A stretch of DNA of 64,000 bases from an uncultured Spirochaetota bacterium (GTDB lineage Bacteria; Spirochaetota; B62-G9; CAZFGQ01), in assembly GCA_964518675.1 (NCBI GenBank), contig CAZFGQ010000008.1:2365-66364 (forward strand), given 5' to 3'. The stretch's first letter is position 1. Each line of letters opens with the position of its first letter. The translations under genes were made by a program, and so were the position numbers. Positions 49,792 to 60,002 of the stretch are shown piece by piece. Under the pieces are notes generated by a model. That model worked only from the letters and a program-made list of their open reading frames with translations. It was not told the origin of the DNA and searched no databases.

Positions 49792-49920
49792 GTACGAGTT
49801 CGAGTTTTCTTTTTGGAGCGAAAATTATTGATTTAAATTTTTCGAAGTTTACCGGCAATGCAACATTTTTAATTCTATTTTGCATTCGGATTTCTATTTT
49901 TCAGGAAACTCGTCATTGTC
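49792..49920 (-). repeat. dispersed intergenic repeat, copy B (reverse orientation, with an internal deletion of about 45 bp)
   Basis: The reverse complement matches the copy A/D core (gaaaaatagaaatccgaatgcaaaatagaattaaaaatgttgcattgccggtaaacttcgaaaaatttaaatcaata). It lacks the AT-rich spacer. It lies between rpsT and hup. Confidence 0.8.
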
Positions 49921-49938
49921 TATAATTATGGGCTATAA

Positions 49939-50223
49939 TTATGATGAGAGGTTCTGGGCAGTTTTAGCTGCTAGTATTCTCTTTGCCATTCTGGACTTTT
50001 TTCTAGCTGCTGTATTCCTTTTTATAACTCCTTTTCCAGCAGCCCTATCTACAACCGATACAAATGAACGAAAAAGCTCATCAATATTTGAAAAATCTTT
50101 TTCTTCGATAGTTTTGAGTATCTTTTTAGCAGAGGTTTTTATTCTTGATTTCCAGGATCGGTTTCGAATCCTTGCCTTTTCGGCCTGTCTTGCTCGCTTT
50201 TCAGCAGATTTGTGCTTTGCCAA
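49939..50223 (-). CDS. rpsT: 30S ribosomal protein S20
   Basis: MAKHKSAEKRARQAEKARIRNRSWKSRIKT... Confidence 0.9.
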   Translation of the reverse strand: MAKHKSAEKRARQAEKARIRNRSWKSRIKTSAKKILKTIEEKDFSNIDELFRSFVSVVDRAAGKGVIKRNTAARKKSRMAKRILAAKTAQNLSS

Positions 50224-50381
50224 TTAATACCCCCAGCAGATTTATTTATGAATTATGAGAAATAAATGGTTAATGTGCAAAGCATAAATTATTAATTTTA
50301 TATTAGGACGTCAAGAGATACGGGGGTAAATATCAAAAATTCACGACTCATTCTTCAATTTTTATTCTTTCATACGTACAA

Positions 50382-52172
50382 TTGATTGGAACTATGATGG
50401 TAAAAGAAAAAATAAATAACCTCCCCGAGAAACCCGGTGTTTACATGATGAAAAATAAAAACGGAGAGGTTATCTACATTGGAAAAGCGAGAAATCTGAA
50501 GAAGAGGGTTTCCTCTTACTTTACCAAAGCCTCCAGAGATGGAAAAACAGAAAATCTTGTAAACTCGATCGGCGATATAGAGGTTTTTATTACAGATAAT
50601 GAGATTGAGGCTTTTCTCCTTGAAAGCAACCTGATTAAAAAATACAGGCCCAAGTATAATATCGTGCTGAAGGACAATGAAAGATATCCCTATATAAAGA
50701 TTACAAATGAAAGATTTCCTCGAATAATGAAAACCCGTATCAGAGAAGATGATGGAAGCATATATTTTGGGCCCTACCCAAATGTCAAATACATCAACCA
50801 TACAATTAAAACAATCACCGATCTATTTCCAATTAGAAGATGCTCGAGGGCATCTTCCTCTGCCCCCATCAAAAACCCATGTCTGAATTACTATATAGGC
50901 AAATGCATATGTCCACTTCTTACCCCTGAGAAAGAAAGCGAATATAAAAGGCTAGTAAATCAGGCTGTACTTTTCCTGAAGGGAAGAAAAGCAGACGTTC
51001 TTAAAGAAATCGAAACAGAAATGGGAAAAGAAGCAAAAAATCTTCAATTTGAAAAAGCGATACAGTTGAGAGAAAGATACATGGCAATAAAGAATATACT
51101 TAAAGAACAAAAGGTTTTTTCAAGCTCCGCTGAAAATGAGGATATAATGGGAATTGCAGACGAAGGTAATCTATGTGTAATCACACTTATCATGAAAAGA
51201 AGTGGCAAAATTATAGGCAAAAAGTCATATACGTTTGAAATAGAAATTGGACTGGAAGAAATCCTTGAGCAATTTTTAACAAATTATTATCTCACCTCAG
51301 ATGATATTCCCGATAAAATAATACTGCCCATGGATATCCAGGAAAAAGAACTTCTCGAAATCTCAATATCAAAAAAATCAGGAAAGCAGGTCTTCCTAGA
51401 AATTCCCGAAAGAGGCCAGAAGAAAAGGCTTGTTGATATGGCCATAAAAAATGCCCAGAATTCTCTGAGAGAACATCTGTTCAGATACAACCCTGAAAAA
51501 GCAGCTATTGAATTGAAAAAAATTCTAAACCTGGATAGAGAGCCAAAGATAATTGAAGGATTTGATGTGGCCACAATCCTTGGAAGCTTTTCTGTTGCCT
51601 CAATGGTAAACTTCATAAACGGCATTCCCAACAAAAAGAGTTACAGGAAGTTCAGAATAAAATACGTGGAAGGGCAAAATGATGTCGAGATGTTAAAAGA
51701 AGCAGTGGCAAGAAGATACCAGAGACTCAAAAATGAGAAAGGTAAAATGCCCGATCTTGTTCTTGTGGATGGAGGCAAAGCTCAATTAAACGCCGCCATT
51801 GAAGTAATGGAGAAACTCGATCTCGAAAATATTCCTGTGGTTGCTCTTGCAAAATCAAGGGAGCAAATATATACCAGAAACAGAGAAGAGCCGATCCAAC
51901 TCCCATTCAACAATGATGCCCTTAGATTATTAATGGCTGTAAGAAATGAAGCCCATAGATTCGCAAATACCTATCATATCTCGCTAAGAGATAAAAATCT
52001 TTTACTTTCAAGAATATCCGAAGTGAAAGGGATTGGCAAAGAGACAGCAAAAAAATTCTTATCCGCTCTAAAAGACATTAATGGCCCAATAACAGCTGAA
52101 GAATTGGAAAAGATAGATGGAATCGGTAGAAAAAAGGCTCAGATAATAATGGATACCCTTTTGAAAAAATAG
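50382..52172 (+). CDS. uvrC: excinuclease ABC subunit C
   Basis: GIY-YIG domain (KPGVYMMKNKNGEVIYIGKARNLKKRVSSYF), UvrBC domain, RNaseH-like endonuclease domain and C-terminal HhH2. The start may be at an internal Met (MMVKEK). Confidence 0.92.
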   Translation: MIGTMMVKEKINNLPEKPGVYMMKNKNGEVIYIGKARNLKKRVSSYFTKASRDGKTENLVNSIGDIEVFITDNEIEAFLLESNLIKKYRPKYNIVLKDNERYPYIKITNERFPRIMKTRIREDDGSIYFGPYPNVKYINHTIKTITDLFPIRRCSRASSSAPIKNPCLNYYIGKCICPLLTPEKESEYKRLVNQAVLFLKGRKADVLKEIETEMGKEAKNLQFEKAIQLRERYMAIKNILKEQKVFSSSAENEDIMGIADEGNLCVITLIMKRSGKIIGKKSYTFEIEIGLEEILEQFLTNYYLTSDDIPDKIILPMDIQEKELLEISISKKSGKQVFLEIPERGQKKRLVDMAIKNAQNSLREHLFRYNPEKAAIELKKILNLDREPKIIEGFDVATILGSFSVASMVNFINGIPNKKSYRKFRIKYVEGQNDVEMLKEAVARRYQRLKNEKGKMPDLVLVDGGKAQLNAAIEVMEKLDLENIPVVALAKSREQIYTRNREEPIQLPFNNDALRLLMAVRNEAHRFANTYHISLRDKNLLLSRISEVKGIGKETAKKFLSALKDINGPITAEELEKIDGIGRKKAQIIMDTLLKK

Positions 52173-52353
52173 CCCCTGTATAAACCTGATCACTTCCCTT
52201 TTTATTATTTTAATCTTTGACTTTAGTTGCAAATTATTATTATTTATAGACGTTGTACGAATTATCGAGAATAAAAATATTATTGATTGATATATTTAGT
52301 TTTAGCAAAACATATGTATTTCCAGTGCAAGTCTCCAGAGGGGTAAAAATCTA

Positions 52354-52514
52354 GGGCGAACTTAAAGTTTTTATTATAAAACGCAAATTATCAATACCAG
52401 ATAAAGAAATCGACAGATATTGATTTAAATTGTTCGAAGTTTGCCGGCACTGCAACATTTTTGGTACTATTTTGCATGAGAATTTCTATTTTTCATGAAA
52501 CTTGACATTCGTTC
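52354..52514 (-). repeat. dispersed intergenic repeat, copy C (reverse orientation)
   Basis: The reverse complement aligns with copies A and D across the core, the AT-rich spacer and the 3' inverted terminus. Its 3' end overlaps the spurious N-terminal extension of the next ORF. Confidence 0.85.
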
Positions 52515-52548
52515 ATTTACCGAATCGCTAGAGGATAAGGAGGATCAA

Positions 52549-53778
52549 ATGGTTTCTCAAAGTCGCAGGGGATTACTAATTGCTTCTTTTATTCTTTTCG
52601 CCTTTATTATAACAATCTTTAGCTTCTCTCCACTATATGGCCAGTCAAACAAGAATGACTCTCAGAAGCCCGAAAGATCTATTATAATGGCGCCAGAATA
52701 TACAGGTATTAAGATACCCCCAAATGAAAGTGTGGATATGAACATAACATTCATAAACCGGGGGAAAAGAGGCGAAGAAGTGCTGGTGTGGATTGATCAG
52801 GCACCAAAAGGGTGGGAAAGCAAACTCGAAACCTTTCAGTACGAGATAACTGGATTATTTGTTCCACCGGACAAAGAGAAGCGCCTTACATTTAAGGCAA
52901 TTCCTCCGGATGATGTTAAACCTGGAAAATACACTTTTAAGATTAAAGCAAGAACTGAAGATGGAAAGTTCAGAATGGAGGATACTATCGCGATATATGT
53001 CGAAAAGGAAGAGAAAACAGGTAAGGAAGAGGAAGGTGTAAAGCTCGATACTTCCTATCCAATCTTGAGGGGACCGATTGGGGGAGAGTTTGAGTTTTCA
53101 ATAGAAGTAAAAAATGAACTTGATGATGAGGCCACATTTGATCTATTCGCAAGAGGTCCTGAAGGATGGGACATTAACTTCAAGCCAGCTTTTGAGTCAA
53201 AGTATATATCCAGCCTTAAGCTTCAACCGAACCAGAGCCAGAAAATCGACGTTGAGGTAAAACCCCCATCCTCTGCAAAGGCAGGAGAATATCCAATCTT
53301 GATAAGGGTTAGCTCATCAAAAGCCCGGGCTGTTGCAAACCTTAAGATTATTCTAACAGGTACGTATAAACTCGATGTCGGAACCCCTACGGGGATTCTT
53401 TCGCTGGAAGCAAGGCCGGGTGAAAAATCAAACGTATCCATATATGTAAAAAATACAGGTTCAGCTGAAAATAAAGATATAAAATTCACAAGTTTTAAAC
53501 CGGAAAACTGGAAAGTTGAATTTAAACCAGAGAAGATAGATTTACTCAAACCAAATGAGTTTAAACAGGTCGAGGTAATAATAACGCCCTACGAGGAAGC
53601 TCTTGTAGGTGATTACTCCGTTGAAGTCAGAGCAAAAGGACAGGAAGGAAGCGAGGATTCCGTGGAGTTCAGGGTAACAGTCAAGGCAACGCCCATATGG
53701 GGATGGGTAGGTATCGGAATAATTATCGTAATTGTTGTTGGACTTATTCTAATATTCAGATTCATGGGAAGACGATGA
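52549..53778 (+). CDS. COG1470/NEW3-like membrane-anchored protein with repeated beta-sandwich domains (start revised from 52495)
   Basis: ATG at 52549 is preceded by AAGGAGGA; the 52495 start lies inside repeat copy C. N-terminal TM/signal. Four or more repeats of a G-Y-x-hydrophobic-x-hydrophobic-x-A/V beta-sandwich motif. C-terminal TM anchor PIWGWVGIGIIIVIVVGLILIF. Confidence 0.6.
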   Translation: MVSQSRRGLLIASFILFAFIITIFSFSPLYGQSNKNDSQKPERSIIMAPEYTGIKIPPNESVDMNITFINRGKRGEEVLVWIDQAPKGWESKLETFQYEITGLFVPPDKEKRLTFKAIPPDDVKPGKYTFKIKARTEDGKFRMEDTIAIYVEKEEKTGKEEEGVKLDTSYPILRGPIGGEFEFSIEVKNELDDEATFDLFARGPEGWDINFKPAFESKYISSLKLQPNQSQKIDVEVKPPSSAKAGEYPILIRVSSSKARAVANLKIILTGTYKLDVGTPTGILSLEARPGEKSNVSIYVKNTGSAENKDIKFTSFKPENWKVEFKPEKIDLLKPNEFKQVEVIITPYEEALVGDYSVEVRAKGQEGSEDSVEFRVTVKATPIWGWVGIGIIIVIVVGLILIFRFMGRR

Positions 53779-53862
53779 GTACTTGAAAAGAGGAGAAAAG
53801 ATAAATTTACAAATTTTTTAACTCCTCCATTTCGGCCTTGTTAAAGTATACGGAGGACAAAA

Positions 53863-54615
53863 ATGGAAGAACAGGTGGTTATAGAAACCCATGAACTTAC
53901 CAAAGTATATGATTCACAGGTAGCAGTAGATCATTTAAATCTTAAAGTAAAGGAAGGTGAAATTTTCGGCTTTCTTGGACCAAATGGAGCTGGAAAAACA
54001 ACCACACTTCTTATGTTACTTGGACTTTCAGAACCCACAAAGGGCTGGGCAAGGGTACTTGGAAAAGATCCATTAAAAGAACCACTTAAAATAAAAAGAG
54101 AAACTGGATATCTCCAGGAAAATATGGGATTCTACAGAGATCTTACAGGAAAGCAAATGCTGGATTTTATTGCGGATCTTAACGGTATTCCAAGAGAAGA
54201 AAGGGAGGAAAGAATTGAAAACGCCCTTAAAACAGTGGGTTTGTGGGATGCAAGAAACAAGCTTATAGAAGCATACTCAAGAGGGATGAGACAGAGGCTG
54301 GGAATTGCTGAAATACTTCTAAAAAGTCCAAAACTGGCAATCCTTGATGAACCAACCTTAGGGCTGGATCCTGAGGCAACAAAGAGAATGAGCGATCTTA
54401 TTATGACCCTGGCCAAAGAAAAAAATATGACTGTAGTTCTCTCAACTCATCTTCTCCATCAGGCGCAGAAAATCTGTGATCGGTTCGGTATAATGATCAA
54501 TGGAAAAATGGTTGCTCAGGGCACACTTGATGAGCTGGCCAAGGAAACAGTAGAGATAGATGAAAAGACCTATACTCTGGAAGAAATATATATGACCTAT
54601 TTCAAAGAAGAGTAA
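53863..54615 (+). CDS. ABC transporter ATP-binding protein (ABC-2/DrrA-like)
   Basis: Walker A GPNGAGKTT, signature YSRGMRQRLG and Walker B LAILDEPT. Confidence 0.9.
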   Translation: MEEQVVIETHELTKVYDSQVAVDHLNLKVKEGEIFGFLGPNGAGKTTTLLMLLGLSEPTKGWARVLGKDPLKEPLKIKRETGYLQENMGFYRDLTGKQMLDFIADLNGIPREEREERIENALKTVGLWDARNKLIEAYSRGMRQRLGIAEILLKSPKLAILDEPTLGLDPEATKRMSDLIMTLAKEKNMTVVLSTHLLHQAQKICDRFGIMINGKMVAQGTLDELAKETVEIDEKTYTLEEIYMTYFKEE

Positions 54616-54631
54616 AAGGGGGATATGAGAA

Positions 54632-55591
54632 ATGGGTGGACTAGGAGCCCTGATAAAAAAGGAACTCGCCGATCACCTTTCGAGTTACAGATTTGTGATG
54701 ATCTTTGCATTAATCCTTATGGTTAGTCTGATTCTCGTTTACATGGCGGCAGGAGGAATTGCTGAAGAACTCAGGGGAGAAAAATTGCCCCGATATGTCT
54801 TCCTCATGCTTTTCACATCATCAAAAATAAATATCTCACTTGTACAGTTCGTTGCTTTTTTTGGACCTCTGATCGGATTGATACTGGGATTTGATAGTAT
54901 AAACAGAGAAAGAAATGAAGGGACTCTCAGCAAACTGCTTGCACAACCTATATATAGAGATACAGTAATAAACGGCAAGTTCCTGGCCGGTGTAATAGTT
55001 ATCGCAGTAATGATGACATCAATAATACTTATTATAACAGGGCTCGGTCTCTATACAGTTGGAGCAAAACCCGGAATTGAAGAATTCTGGCGAATCTTTA
55101 TCTATCTGATAATAAGTATTGTTTACATATCCCTCTGGCTTGGGGTTTCAATACTTTTTTCAATACTATTCAGAAGTATTGCAACCTCCGCACTTTCATC
55201 ATTTGCAATCTGGATATTTTTCTCCTTCTTTCTATCATTTGGAGTAAATGCTGCAATAACTGCCATGCTCTCATCCGAAAAACTATCGTCGCCTCAGGCC
55301 ATTGTAAGGGTTGCAAATCTTATAAAAGCACTCTCATTTGCCTCACCACTCATTCTATATAACGACGCAACTGCAACAATAATAGATCCCATGCGAAGAA
55401 CGGTAAGTCCATTTATTGTTCAAATGGGAATAATGGAAAGACTATCAATGGCAAGATTTGCAGGACCGCTTCCACTTGCACAGAGCTTTTTAATAGTTGC
55501 CCCCTATATAGTGTATCTTATTGCTCTGACATTGATATGCTTTACCGTAAGTTATGTTATATTCATGAGGCAGGAAATAAGATCGGTATAA
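54632..55591 (+). CDS. ABC-2 family transporter permease
   Basis: Six predicted TM helices with ABC-2 topology. Immediately downstream of the ATPase. Confidence 0.75.
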   Translation: MGGLGALIKKELADHLSSYRFVMIFALILMVSLILVYMAAGGIAEELRGEKLPRYVFLMLFTSSKINISLVQFVAFFGPLIGLILGFDSINRERNEGTLSKLLAQPIYRDTVINGKFLAGVIVIAVMMTSIILIITGLGLYTVGAKPGIEEFWRIFIYLIISIVYISLWLGVSILFSILFRSIATSALSSFAIWIFFSFFLSFGVNAAITAMLSSEKLSSPQAIVRVANLIKALSFASPLILYNDATATIIDPMRRTVSPFIVQMGIMERLSMARFAGPLPLAQSFLIVAPYIVYLIALTLICFTVSYVIFMRQEIRSV

Positions 55592-55766
55592 TCTAAAAAA
55601 CCATTTAATGATTTTTATATTACCTTTATATTTTTTCTCAATTTTGGATCAAAATTACTCGAGCTTTCCTCTACTTTAAAATTTCTGATTTTTCAATACA
55701 AGCAGATTCCTTTAACTCCTATAGCGTTATAAATTACATATTCATCTGTAGGTTTCATTTATTCAA

Positions 55767-55796
55767 CGAAAAATTTTAATCCCACCAACCTGGGAT
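55767..55796 (-). terminator. weak candidate rho-independent terminator downstream of tatA
   Basis: Minus strand reads atccca-ggttgg-tgggat followed by taaaauuuuu, beginning 6 nt after the tatA stop. The stem is only 6 bp. Confidence 0.3.
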
Positions 55797-55801
55797 CAAC
55801 T

Positions 55802-56224
55802 CTACTCGGTTTTATCTTGATCAGATGGGTTTTCAGGATTTGTTCCCTGCTGTCCCATATTTGGGGGGGCCTGGTAGTTTGGATTCTGGGGTTGTTGAGG
55901 CTGTTGATATGCCTGACCTGGCTGTTGAGGCTGCTGATAAGTTTGATTCGGTTGTTGTGGCTGCTGATACGGACCATAGTACTGACCGGGACCAGGTTGC
56001 TGCATGCCCTGGGGCGGTTGCTGATATCCCTGAGGTTGACTGGTTGTATATGAAATCTTTCCTGTTGTTTCCTCGTCTTCTTCTATCCCCTTTATCGTCT
56101 TCTTAAACTCTTTTATCCCCAATCCCAGGGACCTTGCAATTTTCGGCAGGCGTGCTGCTCCAAAAACGAGCAATCCTACGACTAATATAATAAGTATCTC
56201 CTGTATCCCAATTCCTCCAATCAT
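55802..56224 (-). CDS. tatA: twin-arginine translocase subunit TatA/E with a ~75-aa Q/P/Y-rich low-complexity C-terminal tail
   Basis: TM plus amphipathic helix MIGGIGIQEILIILVVGLLVFGAARLPKIARSLGLGIKEFKK. The tail has repeated YQQPQQP units, and the underlying DNA (55820-56050) is an imperfect ~30-nt tandem repeat. Confidence 0.8.
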   Translation of the reverse strand: MIGGIGIQEILIILVVGLLVFGAARLPKIARSLGLGIKEFKKTIKGIEEDEETTGKISYTTSQPQGYQQPPQGMQQPGPGQYYGPYQQPQQPNQTYQQPQQPGQAYQQPQQPQNPNYQAPPNMGQQGTNPENPSDQDKTE

Positions 56225-56455
56225 CGATGTCCTCCAACTTTTGATACTATCAGTTTATATCATTTCCCATCTCAGAGCAAGAAAAAAATTTCAAATAAAA
56301 ATTTGAAAATCCTTTTTATTTAGGCGTAGAATTAAATAAAGAATCGATTTTTGTCATATTTATACTCCTTTAGTATAAAAAGGCTCTCAATACAAATGTT
56401 TGATAACCACCTTACTGCAGTACGTACTTTATAAAACATCTTTAACGGGGATCAA

Positions 56456-58096
56456 ATGGGAAACATACTGATTATAGAAGACGAAAAAAACTTCAGTAGT
56501 TTTGTGTGCAAAATGCTAGAACCATATCATAGCTGTTTTATAGCCTCAGAGTGGGAAGAAGCCATTGAAGTTCTTGCTGAAAGAAAAATAGACATAGCTC
56601 TCGTTGATTTGAGGTTGCCAAAAGTTTCAGGTAAAAATATAGTCGAGATGCTCTCCGCCGAATATCCGGAGATAGTTCCAATTATTATTACTGCATATGA
56701 AAATGACTGGAAAGAAACTGAAGCTTACAGCTACGGTGTATATAGATACCTCATAAAAGGAAGCTTCAGCCCAAATGAACTTCACAAAGTAGTTAATAAT
56801 GCCATGCTTGAAAAAATGGAAAGGTCAAAAAATCTGATATTGGAAAAAGAGCTTAAAACCTGGGACAAAACTCTAACAGGCATTCTCCAAAAACAGAGGA
56901 TTATCAGTTCAAAAATACCCTATAACCAAGGAGATCAACACAAAGAGGATATCGGGAGAATATCCAAAAAATTAGATAAAAAAATTGACCTTGAGCTTCT
57001 CGGAAACTCAAATGCTACTGAAGATATAATCAATGTAATTGGCGAATTGGCTTCTAAAGAATCACTCGACGAAGTTCTCGACCATGTTATCTGGTTTATC
57101 AAAAAAATTACAGACGCCATAAGAATTTCCATAATGTTACTTTCAGACGATGGCGAATACCTCTATATAAAAAAGGCCATGGGTTTATCCAGTGACATAA
57201 TCAAGGGAACAAAAATAAAAATTGGAGAGAAAATTGCTGGAAAAGCTTTTTCAAACCGAAAAATTATATCTTCCTCAGATAGAATTTTCAGGGGCACATA
57301 CTTTAACTATAAAGAGAAAGGTCCATTTCTCAGTATACCCATCCTGAACATCCCCGACGTAAACAATGAAAAACCAATTGGTGTAATAAACATTACCCGA
57401 AAAAGTACGGATTCTGCTTTTAACGAAAAAGAAAAAAGAGCCCTTTTTAAAATCGTCAGAACCTTTTCCATTGCAATTAAAAGCGAATTGAGAAAAATAG
57501 AGATTGAAAAAAATTCAATTAATACACTGATTCTTATTTCAAATGTCCTTGAGGCAAAAGACCCGTATACACGCGGACATTCTGAAAGAGTTGGAGATTA
57601 CGCGTTTAAAATTGCCCTCAAACTAGGATACCTACAGGAGGATTCAAAGTTCTTGAAATATGCGGGTAATCTACATGACATAGGTAAAATAAATATCCCC
57701 GATAGTATCCTCTTAAAAAATGGCCCTCTCACAGAGGATGAATACAACATTATGAAAAAGCACCCAATAGCAAGCAAAGAGATGGTATCCCATATCAGCC
57801 TGTTCAGAAAGATTCAGGGAGTTTTCCTGCATCACCATGAAAGGATGGACGGGAGAGGGTACCCAGATGGAATTGCTGGAAATGAAATTGAAACCGGGGC
57901 AAGAATACTTGCCGTTGCAGATGCCTACGATGCGATGACCTCCAATAGACCATACAGAAATGCCCTGAGCAATGAAGAGGCAATATCAAGATTAATCTCC
58001 GGTAAAGGAACACAATTTGACCCGGATTGTGTAGATGCTCTCATCGAGGTAATCAATGATGAATTAACCCTCCACAATACAAACCAAATAAAATAA
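56456..58096 (+). CDS. response regulator receiver-GAF-HD-GYP phosphodiesterase
   Basis: Receiver domain with a phospho-acceptor Asp (ALVDLRLP). Canonical HD-GYP motifs GHSERV, LHDIGKI and HHHERMDGRGYPDG. Confidence 0.85.
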   Translation: MGNILIIEDEKNFSSFVCKMLEPYHSCFIASEWEEAIEVLAERKIDIALVDLRLPKVSGKNIVEMLSAEYPEIVPIIITAYENDWKETEAYSYGVYRYLIKGSFSPNELHKVVNNAMLEKMERSKNLILEKELKTWDKTLTGILQKQRIISSKIPYNQGDQHKEDIGRISKKLDKKIDLELLGNSNATEDIINVIGELASKESLDEVLDHVIWFIKKITDAIRISIMLLSDDGEYLYIKKAMGLSSDIIKGTKIKIGEKIAGKAFSNRKIISSSDRIFRGTYFNYKEKGPFLSIPILNIPDVNNEKPIGVINITRKSTDSAFNEKEKRALFKIVRTFSIAIKSELRKIEIEKNSINTLILISNVLEAKDPYTRGHSERVGDYAFKIALKLGYLQEDSKFLKYAGNLHDIGKINIPDSILLKNGPLTEDEYNIMKKHPIASKEMVSHISLFRKIQGVFLHHHERMDGRGYPDGIAGNEIETGARILAVADAYDAMTSNRPYRNALSNEEAISRLISGKGTQFDPDCVDALIEVINDELTLHNTNQIK

Positions 58097-58181
58097 CCAA
58101 CAATACCATAAGGCAAAAAATCTTGATTATTCAGGAAATAAAATTAATATTGTACAAAGCATTTAACACAAGGAGAAGTTC

Positions 58182-59930
58182 ATGGACAAGCTCACCAGAT
58201 ATAAAAAAGCAAACGAAGAAGTACCAAAAAAATGTCTTGCATGGAGAATATACGGCAAGGGGATGGAAAACTTCGGGGATAATAAAAAACCCACTGAAAT
58301 TCCCGTAAACGAGCCCGGAAACGATGAGTTACTCGTAAGAAACGATGCGGTTGGTCTTTGTTTCTCCGATACAAAGATTATTAAACTGGGTGAAGATCAT
58401 CCAAGATTGAGGGGAAGAGATATCAAAAAAGAACCGGTAATACCGGGCCATGAAGTAGCTCTCACCGTAATTAAAGCTGGGAAAAACAGAAAACAATACA
58501 AGCCGGGAAGCAGGTATATTGTTCAGGCAGATGTATACTATAAGGGAGTTGGAATAGCCTATGGATATCTCCTCCCAGGAGGCCTTTCTCAGTACGGTAT
58601 AATCGGGAAGGAGATACTTGATGGTGATGAAGGAAGTTATTTACTGCCAATAAAGAATGAAAATACAAGTTACAGTGAAGTGGCACTCGTTGAACCCTGG
58701 GCATGTGTAATCGCATCATATAGAATTAAACACAGAAGAGGAATAAAGAATCAAGGAAAAATGTTAATCCTTGAAGGCCAGGCCAGCAAGAATTATAGAT
58801 GGGAGAAGTTATTTTCAAACAATAAACCTGAAAAACTGGTACTTTCCCGTGTTAAATCACAAATGCAAAAATCAATAGAAGAATCCCTCAAAAATTCAAA
58901 CACCGAAATAATAAAAGTCGAAGATGACGATATAGCCTCTTTATGCAACAGATATACGGATGGAGCTGGATTCGATGATATAATTATCATCGGAGATGTT
59001 GAGGATGAAATAATTGTCAGTAGCGGCAGAAATCTCGCTCCCTATGGGATCTTAAACTACATGTGCAACTCTGAGTCGAAGCAGGTAGTGGAGATAGATG
59101 CGGGGAAAATCCACTATGATAGAATACTATTCATCGGTTCACTGGGGGATGATCCCTCAACCCCCTACGAAAGCAATCCTGAGTATTCCCTTAGAGGAAA
59201 CTCGATCCTCCTGCTTGGAGCTGGAGGTCCAATGGGACAGATGCATATCCAACTGGCACTGGATAACAAGCCTCTTCCAGAACTTGTAGTTGTAACCGAC
59301 ATATCGAATGAAAGATTACAGACGGTAAAACAGAAGTTCAGCAGAGTTGCAGACCAGAAAGGTATTAATCTTCAATTGCTAAATCCAGCTGAGTTCAGTA
59401 ATCCTGATGATTATCACAAAAAGATATCTGAACTTAACAATGGGAAAGAATACGATTATGTGATCTGTCTTGCAGCAATACCTCCTGTTATTGAAGAAGC
59501 CTCAATGTTTCTGGGAGATAAAGCAGTCCTGAATATATTTGCAGGTGTCTCAAAAGGTACAATAGTAAAACTGAATATAAAAGACGTGGCAACTAAATCA
59601 GTGAGATACATAGGCTCAAGTGGTTCTACAATCGAGGACATGCAGATCACTCTCAAGAAAGTTGAAGCGGGAGAACTGAACACGAATAACTCTGTTGCTG
59701 GTGTATGCGGTTTTAAAGATGTATGGAACGGGATGGAAGCTGTAAGAACGGGAAGTTTTCCGGGTAAGATAGTGGTTTACCCGCATATTGAAAATCTTCC
59801 CCTTACTTCTATTAAGGAATTAAAGAAGAAGTATCCAAAGATAGCCGCCCAACTTGGTGATAATGATGCATGGACAAAGGAAGCTGAGGAAGAACTGCTT
59901 AGGGAGTTTCTATCTGATAGGTGGGCTTAA
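58182..59930 (+). CDS. atypical long (582 aa) MDR-superfamily Zn-dehydrogenase-like protein with an insertion or degenerate duplicate nucleotide-binding region
   Basis: GroES-like catalytic domain has VGLCFSD ... PGHEVALTV ... EPWACV. A degenerate Rossmann-like segment GKMLILEGQ precedes a ~160 aa insertion. An intact segment ILLLGAGGPMGQMHIQLAL follows. Confidence 0.55.
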   Translation: MDKLTRYKKANEEVPKKCLAWRIYGKGMENFGDNKKPTEIPVNEPGNDELLVRNDAVGLCFSDTKIIKLGEDHPRLRGRDIKKEPVIPGHEVALTVIKAGKNRKQYKPGSRYIVQADVYYKGVGIAYGYLLPGGLSQYGIIGKEILDGDEGSYLLPIKNENTSYSEVALVEPWACVIASYRIKHRRGIKNQGKMLILEGQASKNYRWEKLFSNNKPEKLVLSRVKSQMQKSIEESLKNSNTEIIKVEDDDIASLCNRYTDGAGFDDIIIIGDVEDEIIVSSGRNLAPYGILNYMCNSESKQVVEIDAGKIHYDRILFIGSLGDDPSTPYESNPEYSLRGNSILLLGAGGPMGQMHIQLALDNKPLPELVVVTDISNERLQTVKQKFSRVADQKGINLQLLNPAEFSNPDDYHKKISELNNGKEYDYVICLAAIPPVIEEASMFLGDKAVLNIFAGVSKGTIVKLNIKDVATKSVRYIGSSGSTIEDMQITLKKVEAGELNTNNSVAGVCGFKDVWNGMEAVRTGSFPGKIVVYPHIENLPLTSIKELKKKYPKIAAQLGDNDAWTKEAEEELLREFLSDRWA

Positions 59931-60002
59931 GCTTTTTTAATCCGATTGCCCAGAGTAAAAAAATAAAATTCCCAATATTTGAAAAGTTATGGAGGTCCAA
60001 AA

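Noticed and set aside
49880-50227. A 115-aa ORF on the plus strand overlapping rpsT.
   Set aside because: It is antisense to a highly conserved ribosomal protein gene, begins inside repeat copy B and has a low-complexity translation.
52495-52548. The N-terminal extension MKLDIRSFTESLEDKEDQ of the NEW3-like protein.
   Set aside because: The ATG lies inside repeat copy C, and the equivalent sequence in the other copies is non-coding. A strong SD precedes the ATG at 52549.
59925-59945. The gcttaagc palindrome plus T-run after the MDR gene, as a terminator.
   Set aside because: It is an 8-bp perfect palindrome with no loop and cannot form a stable hairpin.
59979-60002. The upstream ATG for the SrlD-like SDR (MKSYGGPK…).
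   Set aside because: The GGAGG SD overlaps this ATG and is correctly spaced for the ATG at 60003. SrlD homologues begin near the TGGGQGLG motif.
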